From assembly GCF_009914755.1 (NCBI RefSeq), contig NC_060926.1: DNA of 64,000 nucleotides; one strand, given 5' to 3'. Made by a program: the position numbers and the translations under genes. Shown here piece after piece: positions 27,243 through 46,284 of this stretch. The notes below the pieces were generated by a model that had not been told where the DNA came from, ran no database searches, and worked only from the letters and a program-made list of their open reading frames with translations. How positions within the stretch are numbered: position 1 is the stretch's first letter; every line of letters starts with the position of its first letter. Origin of the DNA: the human T2T-CHM13v2.0 reference genome, Homo sapiens.

Positions 27243-27357
27243 TCACCTTTGGTCATCATCTTCTTCTTGAGTCACAGGTCTGAAAGGCAATGTAGTTTGT
27301 CCTCTTTCAGGATCAGACATTCGGAGAATTCTTATCAGTTTACTGGATGGAAGTGAA
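27243..27357 (-). CDS. SMC6: SMC6 last coding exon to TGA stop (not in ORF track)
   Basis: Acceptor gcttcttcTAG. Manual translation (S)[37 protein letters not shown]; stop at 27245-27243. Confidence 0.94.
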
Positions 27358-28163
27358 CTAGAAGAAGCAAAATCAATTACTCAAATTTCCAAGAAACCTT
27401 TTACCAATTAAAAAAAATTCTAATATTACCTCATGAAAATATAAAGCTAAATATTTGGCTTTTATCTGGGATATATCTAATATCTAGAGTTCTAGGAGAA
27501 ACATCATTTGCAATAAGGAAATAATTTGTTTTCCATTTTAAAAATTAATTCCTGCTAGATCCCATGGGTTTTCAGTTTGGAGGAAAAGAAAATGAAAGAG
27601 ATTTATATATCAACTATTTTAAATTTCTGTTATTGTCTAGCAAGGAAGGAGTTACCTGGATATTCCCAATCACAAATTTAGATCCCCATATAATCACATG
27701 GCCACTTTAGAGACAGAATATTAACTCTAAGTGACATAGTGCTTGACAATTGTAGGCACCCAATAAATACTGACTGACAGCAGAGTAGAGCTCTTTGTTT
27801 AGAAAGATTGACATTTGTAAGTCACCAAGAGAAAAGAGGCAAGATTAGGGAAATCATAAATCATTTTAGTCCAAACAGAATTACTAAAATTATATTACTT
27901 TAGTTTGTCATGATAACTACAAAGAAGCAGACTCAAAACAGAATAGTAACAACTTGCTTCAGTTATGAAAGGGAAGTAATACAAGTAAAATTTTAAATAT
28001 CTCAAAAAGAGAAAAACATCCCAAATCTCCTGAACCAGTAGGGGAGCTAATTTTTATTTTCATTGGTCTTGTATGTATTTGTATTTTAAAAATTAAAATT
28101 GTAAAAGATTTCTTTCCCCCTTTTATATACTTGATATGTATCTAGAAAGTTTTAAAAAGTTAC

Positions 28164-28261
28164 CTCATGCTTTGAGGTGTGAGCAAGATAAACTGTCTAA
28201 AACGCTGGGAATCTGCCATCTTCAGTATCAAGTCCATGGCAATTCTCCTATTAACCATATC
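28164..28261 (-). CDS. SMC6: SMC6 penultimate coding exon, 98 nt, phase 0/2
   Basis: Acceptor gtttttCAG, donor AG|[38 protein letters not shown](S); D-loop Asp and the Smc5/6-type QFILLTPQ motif. Confidence 0.95.
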
Positions 28262-28444
28262 CTGAAAAACAAAGGCAAAAGTTAGGATTGCTATTGTGTA
28301 AGTCACATTTCTGTAAAAGCAGCATTCTGTGGGCTGATACAAGCTCCTGGATTTTCATCCAGGGATCAGTCATTACATTATCTATGATGTCCAAGAAATC
28401 TATTATACTGGAAAAGAAATACCAGAAACTATTAGGAGAAAATT

Positions 28445-28737
28445 GGCTGGGTGCAGTGGCTCATGTTTGTAATCCCAATGCTTTGAGAGGTGGAGGTCAC
28501 AGGATCAATTGAGGTCAGGAGTTCGAGACCAGCCTGTGTATAATAGCGAGACCCTGTCTCTACCAAAAAAAAAAAAAAAGTTGGGCATGGTGGTGCATGC
28601 CTGTCATCCTAGCTACTCGGGAGGCCGAGGCAGGAGGATCACTTGAGCCCAGGAACTCAAGGGTACAGTAAGCTATGATCGCACCATTGTACTCTAGCCT
28701 GAATGACAGAGTGAAAGCCCATCTCTAAGGGAAAAAA
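28445..28737 (+). mobile_element. Alu (AluJ-like)
   Basis: Diverged dimeric Alu with J-type ggatcacttgagcccagg right arm. Confidence 0.9.
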
Positions 28738-29311
28738 GAGAAACTCTTCGGGGACAATAACTGAATAAATATGTCTTTCAGGTAATTTCTATAGTCAAAA
28801 TATTTGTATACACAGCCCCCTCCCTCAAATACGTGTAGCAATTGAAATAATCAGAAAATATTCTCCTGACACAACTAAATGTTAGAGAATAAATCTAATT
28901 TGTACAGTAATGGTTAATGAGTCAGGGTAATGGTAACAAAAGTGGCTAGTCTCAAATTCATTAAGTCTCTCAAATTTTCCCTCAATGATAAAGGTTAAGT
29001 TTTAAAAAGTCTGCCTCTCCCCATTACCTCTACCATTTGTACAATATAAACCAATTTGAACTTACAGACCAATTTCTCAATTATATCTTTAAATAAGTTA
29101 AATAGCACATCAGGGTATAGACAAAGAATAATGCTTCGTTATAATAGGTTTTGGGATTAAATGGTCTAGACCTGTGGCTACATTTTCTGAGTTAAGTAAC
29201 AGTAAAAGAAAATCAAAGTGTTCCTCAATTCCCTTGAAAATTCCTAAAAGTTGAAATCATTGACATATGAACATGTATATTTTAAAGGTCTTAATTTAAT
29301 ACTATATGTGG

Positions 29312-29624
29312 TGCCGGGCGCAGCAGCTCATGCCTTTAATCCCAGCACTTTGGGAGATTGAGGCAGGTGGATCACTTGAGGCCAGGAGCTCGAGATCAGC
29401 CTGGCCAATATGGCAAAACCCAGTCTCTACAAAAAGTACAAAAATTAGCCGGGCATGGTGGTGCACACCTGTAATCCCAGCTACTCAGGTGGCTGAGTCA
29501 CAAGGATCAATTGAATCCAGGAGGCGGAGGTCGCAGTGAGCTGAAATCACGCCACTGCACTCCAGCCTGGGTAACAGAACGAGACTGTGTCCTGAAAAAA
29601 ATAAGTAAATAAATAAAAAATAAA
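29312..29624 (+). mobile_element. Alu (AluS-like)
   Basis: Dimeric Alu; TSD actatatgtgg (29301) / actgtatgtgg (29625). Confidence 0.92.
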
Positions 29625-30129
29625 ACTGTATGTGGCAATACAGCATGGTGATTTAGAACAAGGGCTGTGGAGTCAAAATGGGATACACATCCTGGCTATA
29701 TTGCTCAATGGCTCTGATTATAACAATTCCATCAGGCATATCTGCTGTGAGAGGCCTATTATTTTATAACAAAACTGCCAAAGTACCAAAAAAAAATTTG
29801 TTTTCCTTGGATTAGCTCACAGAACTTGGATACATTCTTCTGAATAATTTCATTGGGGCAAAGTGCCACTCTGATTAAGAAGCTCTAAGTTTCTGAAAGA
29901 GAAAGGAGCTGCTTAGAATTAAATCTGACATACAAGATGAGTGATAAGACTGCACAGCACCATTCTGGACAAAAACACTGCATGGAAAGAATAATCATCT
30001 TCTATGACTCGTGATTAGCTCTGAAGACAATTCTTGGAGGAATATCTAACCCATTTTCAGCAATAGTATCATAGAAAAAAATTGACACTGAACTATTATA
30101 CAGCACTCACAGGTATAAATTCTGATTCA

Positions 30130-31500
30130 CGAATACACACTTACTAAACGGTCATTATAGACTAGGCATTAGGAGACATAAACATCTCAGACATAGCTGA
30201 TAACCTCAAAATGGTTACAATCTGGTAGGGGATTCAGATATAAAAATGGGCAACTGCAACAGAATAAAAAACAGTATAAAATATTATATAATAATATAAA
30301 GCATTTTTATATTTTTATCTTAAATAAAAGTATAAAAGTAATATATATTATGAGTTGATGTAAGGTGGTGCAAAGGAAGTTCTGAGAAGTTCCTCATCCT
30401 GCCTGATAGGGTATGGTGGTCACAGAAGTCTCATAAAAGTGGCATTTGAACAATGTCCTGAAAGATGAGTAGAGTGACATGTGATTAAGGAGGGCATACC
30501 AGGCAGAGGCACCATGTTTGGAGAATTACAAATAGCTTAGAACAGCTGAAAAAAGCAGGCAGGTACGATATCATGAAGGGTCTCAAAGCTACCCTACAGA
30601 ATTAAACATTTATTCCATATATAATAACCTCCAAAGGGTTTTACATAGGTGAATGACCACCATCAGATCAACTGTAGAAATGTAAACCTGCCAAAATGGT
30701 GGAGGACGGACCGAAGAAGGAGCCACATGCAAGCCTGGGAGTCCGGAGAAGAGGCTATCACCACAGGTATGAGGCGAAGATAAGGGGATGAGAGGAAGAA
30801 TATCAGTGAGAAAGGAGAAGAGGGCAGAGACCAAAGAGCGGTCTTAAAGGAGAAGCGGACAGAGGTCAGACTTGAACAAGGAAGAATCAAAGGTAAATCA
30901 CAGATGTCAAAGGTAGGTGACTGCGCTGGAAATGACAGTTTGCATTAATCAAGGTAGGGAATTCAGGAAAAGAAAGAGGCTTTGAGATGAAGGCACTTTC
31001 AACCTCGGGGCTGCTGAATTTCAGATATTGGTGGTTTACCAGGTGATGTCTAATAGGTAGTAGGGCATCTGGGTCTAGAGTACAGGAGAGATGTCAGGAT
31101 GTGGTGCTATGAGTTGATAGGTATCTGTCCATACGCAGGTAGTAGTTTTGGGGACTGTGATATGTGTATATTTGTAGGGGGAAGTAGGATATGGAATTCA
31201 GGAAAATCAACAACACTATAACAAGCAAACAAAGATCTCAAACGTTTAAGGGCAACAGAATTAGGGGAGGCAGCTTGGCAGATTAAGAACAAATAATAGA
31301 AAAACAGGAAAACCAGGAAAGAGAGGGTGGCAGCTGGTAAGAAGACATTTTAAGGGATGGAGGATAGGTCTGTGGTGTCAAATACTTCAAAAAATAAGGT
31401 AAGATTAAAGCTCATTTATAACCTTTGCTAAACAAGTTTTGCTAGAGTAGTGTCATCTACATCCAGATTACAGTAGATTGAGCAAACAATGAGATATGAA
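30130..31500. mobile_element. L2-like degenerate LINE fragments
   Basis: Purine-rich diverged tract with L2-like motifs (ggcataccaggcagagg; gggtctagagtacaggagagatgtcagg; ggtgtcaaatact). Boundaries rough. Confidence 0.45.
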
Positions 31501-32166
31501 GAAGAAAATAATTGCTAATTTATGAGAACTTACTATATGCCTGAACCACAGTAAGTATAATGTATGAAAGACACCATTTGAGCCTCACTCTAACCATGAG
31601 AGGTAGGAATTGGTAATAATATTGTTTTGTAGATGAAGAAATTGAGACCCAATAAGTAGAGATATTTTGCCTGTCAGAGGTAGGTCTCAAATCCTATGCT
31701 TTTTAACTGGAAATTCAAAAGTTCTTGCTCGCTTATGTTCTGTACATTGTTCTGAAATGTGTGGGTATGAAGGAACAGTAAACAGTGGCTAGGGTGAGTC
31801 AAAGCCAGGGTGGTGAACAGGTTATAATTTTGTATTAAAACAAAAAGTCTGAACATATTTATGGGTTGATGAAAATAAGCTGGGAGAGAGGGTGAGGGAG
31901 AAAACGCAGATATGATGGAAGGCACGGATATCCATGCTGGGCGAGAAGAGGAGGACCCCTCCAGGGTCTCTAGGGTTACTGTGTGCCTAGAAGCAAGGGA
32001 GAGAACTCTAGTTCTTTAGTTCTTCCCCACTACTGGTCACAGACTAAAGAGTCAGGGCAGGATCTTTCCTGTTAGGGGTAAAACTAAAGAAAGATTTCCT
32101 TCCTTTAGAAATACATGTTTCAAACAAACAAAAAAATGAAAAAGAGAATTTAAAATTTAACAATAC

Positions 32167-32319
32167 CATGTAGACATCAAATTCATCCAGGCATCTGAAA
32201 GGAGATTCTGCGATGGACCACAGGGAAAGAATAAAACACACTGTGGAGAAAGAACGTTCACCTCCAGACAAGGCTCTCATGTCATTGAAAGCAGCTTTAT
32301 TTCCTTCTCCAGGCTGAAC
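32167..32319 (-). CDS. SMC6: SMC6 exon with ABC signature motif and Walker B, 153 nt, phase 0/0
   Basis: Acceptor ttctcttcAAG, donor ATG|[57 protein letters not shown] contains LSGGE and CLDEFD. Confidence 0.97.
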
Positions 32320-32612
32320 CTTGAAGAGAATGAGTTGACAAGGAACAAAAAACTAAGTAAATGAAAGGCCAGATTAAATTCTTTACAAGACAGATAAATA
32401 ATAGATTTACAGTAAAAAGGAGATGGGAATAAAATGACTTAGTGATTTGGAAATACCCATTCCTTTCAAAAAATTTTACAGTAAAACAGTTATACGTATA
32501 ATGGTACTTCTTGCTCTACTGCAAGAGAATAAAACTGAAAACCTTTTTCACCATAACTGAATCTAACAGACCAAAATTCCAAAGGCTAATTTAAAAAATG
32601 TTAATAAAACAA

Positions 32613-32917
<305 letters not shown>

Positions 32918-32974
32918 CTGAAACTTAAGCTTCAAACATTTAAAAGTGCTGAGATTTTTTGTTACTTGAATTAT

Positions 32975-32989
32975 AGTGACACCTAGTGG
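32975..32989 (-). promoter_or_regulatory. CTCF-like motif CCACTAGGTGTCACT
   Basis: One mismatch to core consensus CCASYAGRKGGCRS; motif match only. Confidence 0.5.
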
Positions 32990-33121
32990 TTAAGCTGCAT
33001 TAAAAGTGATTACTGAACGTCAAAAGGACAGAAATCAACTTTAAAAAGCTTACACTGGCCAAAGAAATGCATTGAAATATATCTTTTAAAAGATTTAAAG
33101 GATTGCTTTAGGAATCCTTTA

Positions 33122-33418
<297 letters not shown>

Positions 33419-34169
33419 TTAAAATTTAAATAATTTTAAATTTCTTTTAAAAGCTAAATAAAATCTTTAAAAAATTATTTACTAAATAAAGGTCCATGGA
33501 AACAATAAGAAAGCAACTAATAAAATTAACAGCAAATCATTCACACAATTTCCTGAGAATATACAATAACATTAGGAAGGGTTCTATTTTTTTGACAAAA
33601 TTCCAGATATACATATATGCATACAAGGTGAAAAAAGAGCAACAACTAGTTTCATATCAATAGCAGACATATAGCTTCCAATACTTTTCAATTCACTGTT
33701 TGAAAAGTGATACTGCTCTCAAGTGAGCATTCATTTATTTTTTAATATTAACATTATTAATATTCTAAGGTAAATATTCCAATTCTAAACATACTCTAAA
33801 ATTTTACACCTATCATAAGTCTAAACAAACCAAACCAACAATCAAGCAAATAAAAATTCCCACATAAAAAAGCAAGAACTAAATACCAAGATGCAATCTT
33901 GCCCCCACACTGTATTTTGCACCAATTTAATAAATGAAGCCCCAAGTAAATCTGGGGGATCTAGCTTTTACCCTCTCATCTATTACTAACATATCATGGA
34001 ACTTCAGTGTCACTTTCCTTATTAGTAAAATGAAGGCCACATAAATTAAAGATTCTTCTGGTATTCTTTTGAAAAACAGAGATGACAACATCAGAAAGTC
34101 TAGCTTGAGTTGTTTTGTATAGTTAGCTGTGGAGATAAATTATTCAAGCACTTCTAATACTTTCCTTTT

Positions 34170-38910
<4,741 letters not shown>

Positions 38911-40204
38911 ATATTTTGTGTAAAAGAACAATGGCGTCTCCAAACATACAATATTTCACTAAAGAGGGGCCCCCTTTCCTTATATTAGGCTTGAGGTATG
39001 ATAGGGCTCACAGTCAATAAGGGAGAAAGCTGGGTTGGGCTTAAATTGCAACTTTCCTAAGACTTAGTCCATTTATCATTCATAACTGTTCCTTGGGCCA
39101 ACTGTGCACAACATCAGAACTCAGGAATTGACTAACTGAAATATTAGTTAGGTGCCTAGCAGTTCCCTTCCCAAGTTTCTACTCTGTCTTATCAGCCCTC
39201 CTACTACTACTAGACTACTCAAAGTCCAGAATCAGCAAACACTCCCAGGAAAGAAAACGTCCAGCAATTGTCAGCTTACCTTGGACAGGCTCCCCTATCC
39301 CTTGGAATTCCAATTTGTCTACTCATTATTGCTTAGACAGCTTTCCAATGTCTTTAAAAATAAAAGTTTTGTAATTTCCCTGGCTTTTTTATAGTCTGCA
39401 GTGAGAACAATAGACTACCATGACATACTACCTTCCCTATCAATAAGCACAATTCCTCCCAATACTTTCAAAATTGTATCTTTAATAAATGGGTCTTTTA
39501 AAAACCAAAGGCAGGTAAAGAGGAGTTACCCATGATCTACCAGTAGAAATTAAAGAGAGAGTAAAAGTTAACTTTCTAATATGGTTAAAATGCAGAGCTT
39601 TTAAACAAAAAAGACGTTCCAAAAATTTAACATTTATTGTAAGTATTAAAATGAAAGGATAAGATTTATGGTAACTAAGAGTAGTAGGTAATTATTTGAA
39701 AATTCTGCCCCAGAATATTTAGAGTGGATAGTTGTTCCTGACCTCCTGGCTACACATTTTTTTTAATGCCATATCTCCATATGCCCTCTTTTAACACATG
39801 ACTATGAAAGAACCCATCAAATCAAGTTGAACACGGCAGTTTTTTTTACTCAAAAGTGGCCAGATCTAGGGACAACTTCAGAAGTAAATAGTATAAACAC
39901 AATTAAGTGGGGAAGAACCATCTTTGCTTCCTTTTAGGAGACTGGAGACTATGTACTTTCCATAAAGTCCCAAATAATTTAAAATGCTGTGTAAATTTTA
40001 AAAGGGAACTAGTGGAGTAGAAAGACAAGGTAAATACTTGTCACTGAAAAAAACTTCCCAATTATCACCCTAAGAAAATAATGTGTTTGTCTAAAAATAA
40101 AATCTACGCTAGCAGCTTTATTTAGTAAGATTGATTTAAATTCAACACCTTGGCAAAGACCATCCTTAACTTAAAAATCAAAGACAACAGGTTAAAGTTT
40201 ATCA

Positions 40205-40555
<351 letters not shown>

Positions 40556-40602
40556 CAACTAGTTTTTCTAATGATTAGGATGAAAAGAATTAGGATACTT
40601 AC

Positions 40603-40708
40603 TGATATACTTAGAGTTTCATTCTTGTGGTCAAAATTCATTTTTCCACAATAGGCCCGCTGAGATAGTAAGTTGTCAAAGTATAATTTGCATCGTAAAG
40701 TCAAACAC
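40603..40708 (-). CDS. SMC6: SMC6 coding exon, 106 nt, phase 2/0
   Basis: Acceptor atttcAAG, donor TCA|GTAAGT. (R)[35 protein letters not shown]. Confidence 0.93.
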
Positions 40709-41998
40709 CTTGAAATTTAAAAATTAGGCACATTAAAAAGAGGGCAAAGGTTTTTTAAAAACTATATTCAGCATGATCTAAGCATGTGAGAAAACCAGAT
40801 GGAAATATGCCAAAATGTAAACATTGGTTACTCATTTAATAGTTGAGTTTTAGGTAGTATTTTTTGCCTTGTGTCTTTATATTCATTTATGTCCCTACAC
40901 TTTCACCAGTTCATTTACTTTTATAACAAAAAAATTAATGAAATGAATTAAAGAGTCATCTCACATTTAATATAACCCATTATACCACAGTCAGTGCTTA
41001 GGAATGCATCAGTCATTCAACTAATTAATAATCTAAGGCATTACCCTAATACATTATAAAGGTATCTTGTCCTTGAGAGGATTAACTGTAATGGTGACAA
41101 GATAAATGGACAAAGTATCTATTTATTTGCCTCCTTCTAACTTCACAGTAGCAAAAAAGCTAAGGGCACTCTCTTAAGCACTGGGTACCTCTAATGCCTT
41201 ACACTTTGCTTGGCACAATGCAAACTCTATCTTTCCTTCTCTATATATTAGATGGCATTTTACTGTAAGGAACTTTCCCTTCTTCCTCAGTTCTTTATTT
41301 CCTTATCTAACTTTCTATTTATCAGAATAGATTAGGGAGTCTGATATTCATTGGCTTTATTTTTACATTATTCACACCATCTATTACTATCCTTATTGAG
41401 ATCCTCAGACTGTCCTAGATTTTTCCAATGGGCACCCCTTCAAGCTGGATGTGTCCCCCTTTTTTTTTCTCAGCCCTTCCTTCCTCTCTGCCATAGTATG
41501 AGGCTCATCTGTACCTTCCCTGCCCAGCTCTGGAATCGCCATTTCTCCATGGAGCCCTGGTTCCTTTTAGTGGGGAATGGTATTTAGAAAATAAAATCTG
41601 CATGGTAAGTCACTGGCTGTGGTTTCATAACATCTTTGCTCCCTAGTAAACCTAAGGCTCATTTCTCTGGTACTCTTTTCCTTCCTATTTCCCTCCCTGA
41701 ACTGCATTAAATTCCCACACTAGAAATCACTGATAGCCTGAGTTTCCTTCTGCTGCCACAGCAACCACTGCTAGCTGGTTTTCAGAGTTTTCTGTTAACT
41801 TTTCTTTCAATACAGATATGTATTCATTCATTGCTTCCATTCATGGGATGTCTAAAAGAGACTGTTGTCATAAAATGGCAAAGTTCTCCAGAGTAAAGAC
41901 ATAAACAATTTTAAAAATTAGGTCATTTTTACTCCCCTTCTAAGACTGGGTAAACAATATGAAATATGTCAGTGGTGAAGAATCATATGAAGGTAATA

Positions 41999-43710
41999 CA
42001 GCATACTTCAGAAATACTGCAGGTTCAGTTCCAGACTACCACAAAAAAGGCGAATATTGCAATAAAGTGAGTCACACACATTTTTTGGTTTCCCACTGCA
42101 TACAAAAGTTTTGTTTACACTGTTGTTGATATTTTGACTTCCTCCCATGAATCATAAATGTTCTTAATGCTATCTAGAATGATGAGTCCTTTCCAGAAGG
42201 TTTTCAATTTACTTTGCTCAGATCGATTAAAGGTATCACTACGTACAGCAGCTATGGTCTTACAAAATATATTTCTCAAATAAAAGACTTGAAAGTTAAA
42301 ATTACTCCTTGATCTATGGGTTACGAATAGATGTTAGTAGGCAAGAAAACAACATTAATCTCCTTGTATATCATATCAGCTCTTGGGTGACCAGGTGTAC
42401 TGTCAATGAGCAGTAACATTTTCAAAGAAATATTTTCTTCTGAGCCGTAGGACTCAATAGTGGGCTTAAAATATTCAGTAATCCATGATACTATAAACAG
42501 ATGTGCTCTCATCAGGCTTTGTTTTTCCATTTGTAGAGCACATACAAAGTAGATTTAGCACAATTCTTAAGGGTCCTAGGATTTTCAGAATGGTAAATAA
42601 ACATTGGCTTAAACTTAAAGTCACTAGCTTCATTTGCCTCTAATAAGAGATTTGGCCTGTCCTACAAAGCCAGGAATTGACTTCTCCTTTCCAGCTATGA
42701 AAGCCGTAGATCGTATCTTCTAATACAAGGCTGTTTTGTCTGTGTTGAAAATCCATTGTTTAGTGTAGCCACTTTCATCAGTTATCTTAGTCAGTTCTTC
42801 TGGATAATGTGCAGCTTCTACATCAGCGCTTGCTGTTTCACCTTGCACTTTTATATTACAAAGACGGCCTCTTTCCTTCAACCTCATGAACAAACCTCTG
42901 CTAGCGTCATACTTTTCTTCTGCAGCTTCCTCACCTTTCTCAGCCTTCATCGAATTGGAGAGTTAAGGCATTGCTCTGGATTAGGTTTTGACTTAAGGGA
43001 ATGTTGTAGCTGCTTTGATCTTCTATCCAGACCATTGGAACTTTCTTCATATCAACAATAAGGCTGTTTAATTTTCTTATCATTAGTGTATTCACTGGAA
43101 TAGCACTTTTAATTTCCTTCAAGAACTTTTCCTTTGCATTTACAACTTGGCTAACTGGCACAAGAGGTCTAGCTTTTGGCTTATCTTGGCTTTTGACATA
43201 CCTTCCTCACTAAGCTTAATCATTTCTAGCTTTTGATTTAAAGTGATAGAAATCCTACTCTTCCTTTCACTTGGACACTCAGAGGTCACTGTAAGGCTAT
43301 TAACTAGCCTAATTTCAATATTGCTGTGTCTCAGGGAATAGGGAGACCCAAGGGGACAGAGAGATGAGGGAATCAATAGCCAGTCAGTGGAGCAGGAAGA
43401 ACACACACAACATTTGTTGATGAAGTCTGCTGTCTTATATGGACAGTCTGTGGCACCCGAAAACAATTTGAACAGTAACAAAGATCACTGATGACAGATC
43501 ACTACAACAGATTAATAATAATGAAAAAGTCTGAAATATTGCAAAAATTAAACAAAATATGACACAGAGACATAAAGGGATCATATGCTGTTGGATAAAT
43601 GGTGCTGACAGACTTGGTTGAAGCAGGCTTGCCATAAACCTTCAATTTGTAAAAAATGAAATATTTGTAAAGTGCAGTAAAGTGAACTGCAGTAAAATGA
43701 GGTATGCCTG
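41999..43710 (-). mobile_element. Tigger1 DNA transposon with internal deletion; transposase pseudogene
   Basis: Both termini (ta|cagcatacttc... and ...gaggtatgcctg|ta) flanked by TA. Frameshifted transposase fragments [92 protein letters not shown]. ~1.7 kb, shorter than full length. Confidence 0.92.
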
Positions 43711-43892
43711 TAAACTGTAAGATCAGTACTTTAAAAAAACCTTTTAAATACAAATTTCTGAGTAATGATATAAAAATAAATCTTACTGCATCTGGAACAG
43801 ATTTATGTAGTAATAGAGATTGGGTTTATTCTTCTGCCTGAAACTAAAAAACGAGACAAAATATATAAAACAAGCATTTTCAGACTCTGGCT

Positions 43893-44012
43893 ATCTTCAG
43901 GCTCCACATCTAATTCTAGTTCTCTTGCCACTTCCACCATATCTGCAGTCACTTCCTCCACTGAATCCCTCAAGGACATCCAAGGGGGTTGAAATTAACT
44001 TCTTCCAAACTC
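43893..44012 (-). mobile_element. Isolated Tigger1 internal fragment between 19-bp direct repeats
   Basis: Minus strand reads VWKKLISTPLDVLEGF / SVEEVTADMVEVARELELDVEPED (one frameshift), like the Tigger1 transposase C-terminal region. Confidence 0.8.
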
Positions 44013-45380
44013 TGAGGGTTTTCACACTCTGGCTATCAGATAGTGACTATCAGGTCATTTGACTAGAACTGCCTGCTAGTTCTAGGAAACAAATTGAACC
44101 CCACCAATGCCCCACACTGCTCTTCACCGACAGAGGACAAAGGAGTAGAAATCAAAGTGGAGCTGTTGCTCTTGTTTCAGGAGCTGGAGCTGGGAATCTG
44201 GGGAGGCAAAATAAACTCCAGAGGATCTATAAAGGGTTCTGCTCCAGTCTTGAGCTGAGTACTGGTCAGTGCATAGGTGTGAGGACACCATTTGAGGCTG
44301 GGAAAAGAAATATCCAAAGGAAATAGAAGTAATTCCGACAGCTCACACACGACCAGGAATAGTTCATGTTCTTATTGGCCAGAGTGAAAACCTTGTGATT
44401 TACAAGGTATCGGTAGAGTACTCAAAATAGCACTGCCTCAGAGGTAGGAAAAAATTAGCCCACAACCAACGGCTGCTCTAATCTCATCTAACAAGGCTAA
44501 AAGTAGCCTCAAAAGGGTAAAAATGGGTCCTATTTAATTCAAGCCCTACTAATATGCCTGTAAAACTGAAACAGGAATTTCAAAAACTAACCTGTAGTTT
44601 CACTAAGGAATATAAGAGCTAGGTACCTTTTTTTTTTTAATTTGTACAAGCTTAAGATGGTAGAATTTTTGGTGTAAAGACAGTTTTAAAAAGTGTATTA
44701 CTGAGGGAATTTGCCTGGAGAAAAACAGAGGCAAATGGAAGGACTAGGGCTGTCTCGGATTCATGTATATTAAAGGACCGTCCCTCCCTATCAATTATCC
44801 TCTGTTTATTTCTGTCACTTGTGATCAGTTGGAGTCAATCTATCTCTGTGAGTCTGTACATCTCTGGATATGTTAATATCCAGTTTCCCTAATTCTGTAT
44901 TCATTTATCCAACCAATGTATATTGGTATGTATCAGGTATGATTATAGAAACTAGAGATACAGCAGTAAACAAAACAGAGTTTCTACATTCATGGAGCTA
45001 CGTCATTCTAGTAGATTATGGTAAATCAACTGAGGTATTACCTTTATAGTTCCTACCAAATGCTTGTATCCATTAAAAACATGCAATAGTCAAGGGTAAA
45101 ATAAGCTATTTTAGAACCAATGAGTTCCCTTTCAAAGGACCTATTTAAGCATAAAGGACCTATTAAGCATAAAGAATATCTAACAGAGTGGAAAAGTTGG
45201 ATAAGCTCACCATAAAGAGCCCTTCAGATTCGGAATTGTCTGATTAAATTAGAGAATCCTAAGAACTGAATAACAAAGCAAGCATTAATAGTCTCTGCTA
45301 TAACAGAATTATATAAATAATATGAAAACAGAGAAACACAAAAATGTATAATATATAGTAACATTTTTCAATGTACTTAC

Positions 45381-45506
45381 CTTCTAAATTGTTGATATGT
45401 CTTGAATCTGTGCTCCATGATTTCTCCCAGTAATTTAATAAACTTTTTTAAAGTCCTCACTTTACTATCCAGATCAAGATAGGTCTCTCTTGCTTCTTGG
45501 TACTGC
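45381..45506 (-). CDS. SMC6: SMC6 coding exon, 126 nt, phase 2/2
   Basis: Acceptor tataaTAG, donor AG|GTAAGT. (R)[41 protein letters not shown](R). Confidence 0.93.
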
Positions 45507-46284
45507 CTATTATATAAACAAAATATTACGTAAAAAATACACCACACGTAAAAAACATAACAGTAGAATCTCAAACAGATTTAACTGGGAAGAACAGGGA
45601 GGGGCAGAGAGTACTAAGGGGGCCTAGTAGCAGTCAATTTCATAAATTTCCAGGCAAATTACACTCCCAGAATGAAAGGGTGGTACGGAATAAGAAAGTG
45701 CTATCCTGACAGGGAAGGAACAAGGTCCAAGCCCTAGAGGAGGCAGAGACAGTGTGTGAACAAATGCCCTGGTACGGCCTAGAGGTGGCAGATCTTAGAG
45801 AATACTAGCAAATACACACCTTCAAAAAGGGAAGGGGTCACACTGGAAGAAAGGTTTCCTTCAGTGACAGATGCCAATAAAAGAAAAAAAGAACTCAAGC
45901 CAGCATTAGAATCCACCCTCCCCTGTCCTAAACAAGATAAGATCAAAGAGGCAGAGATGGCATGGCTACTCAGAGTGCTATTACAAAAGGCAACAGCCTA
46001 TTACTGTGGCAAGCCTATAACTGAATTAGCATGAAAGGCAACCCTGGTCGAGGCTCCCACAGCTACCCTTCCCATTCTCCTTCAAATAACTGGCCCAGGA
46101 AAATTCAACTAATTAAAAAAATAAGTAACAAAAAACGCGCTGGCACAGCATCCAGATATTTATGGGGAAAATATGAAAAAGAACAGCAAAACTCTCCTAC
46201 AGACAAAGAAAACTTATTAGAACAGTGTTGCCACAAAGCAGATGAAAATTATAATTGAACACCATAAATTAAAACAAAACAAGA

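Noticed and set aside
42321-43481. Tigger ORFs as a domesticated TIGD-like gene
   Set aside because: Fragmented across frames with an internal deletion; a decayed transposon copy.
45777-45792. CTCF-like gcctagaggtggcag (and tggccagcagcgggtag at 19449)
   Set aside because: Mismatches at high-information core positions.
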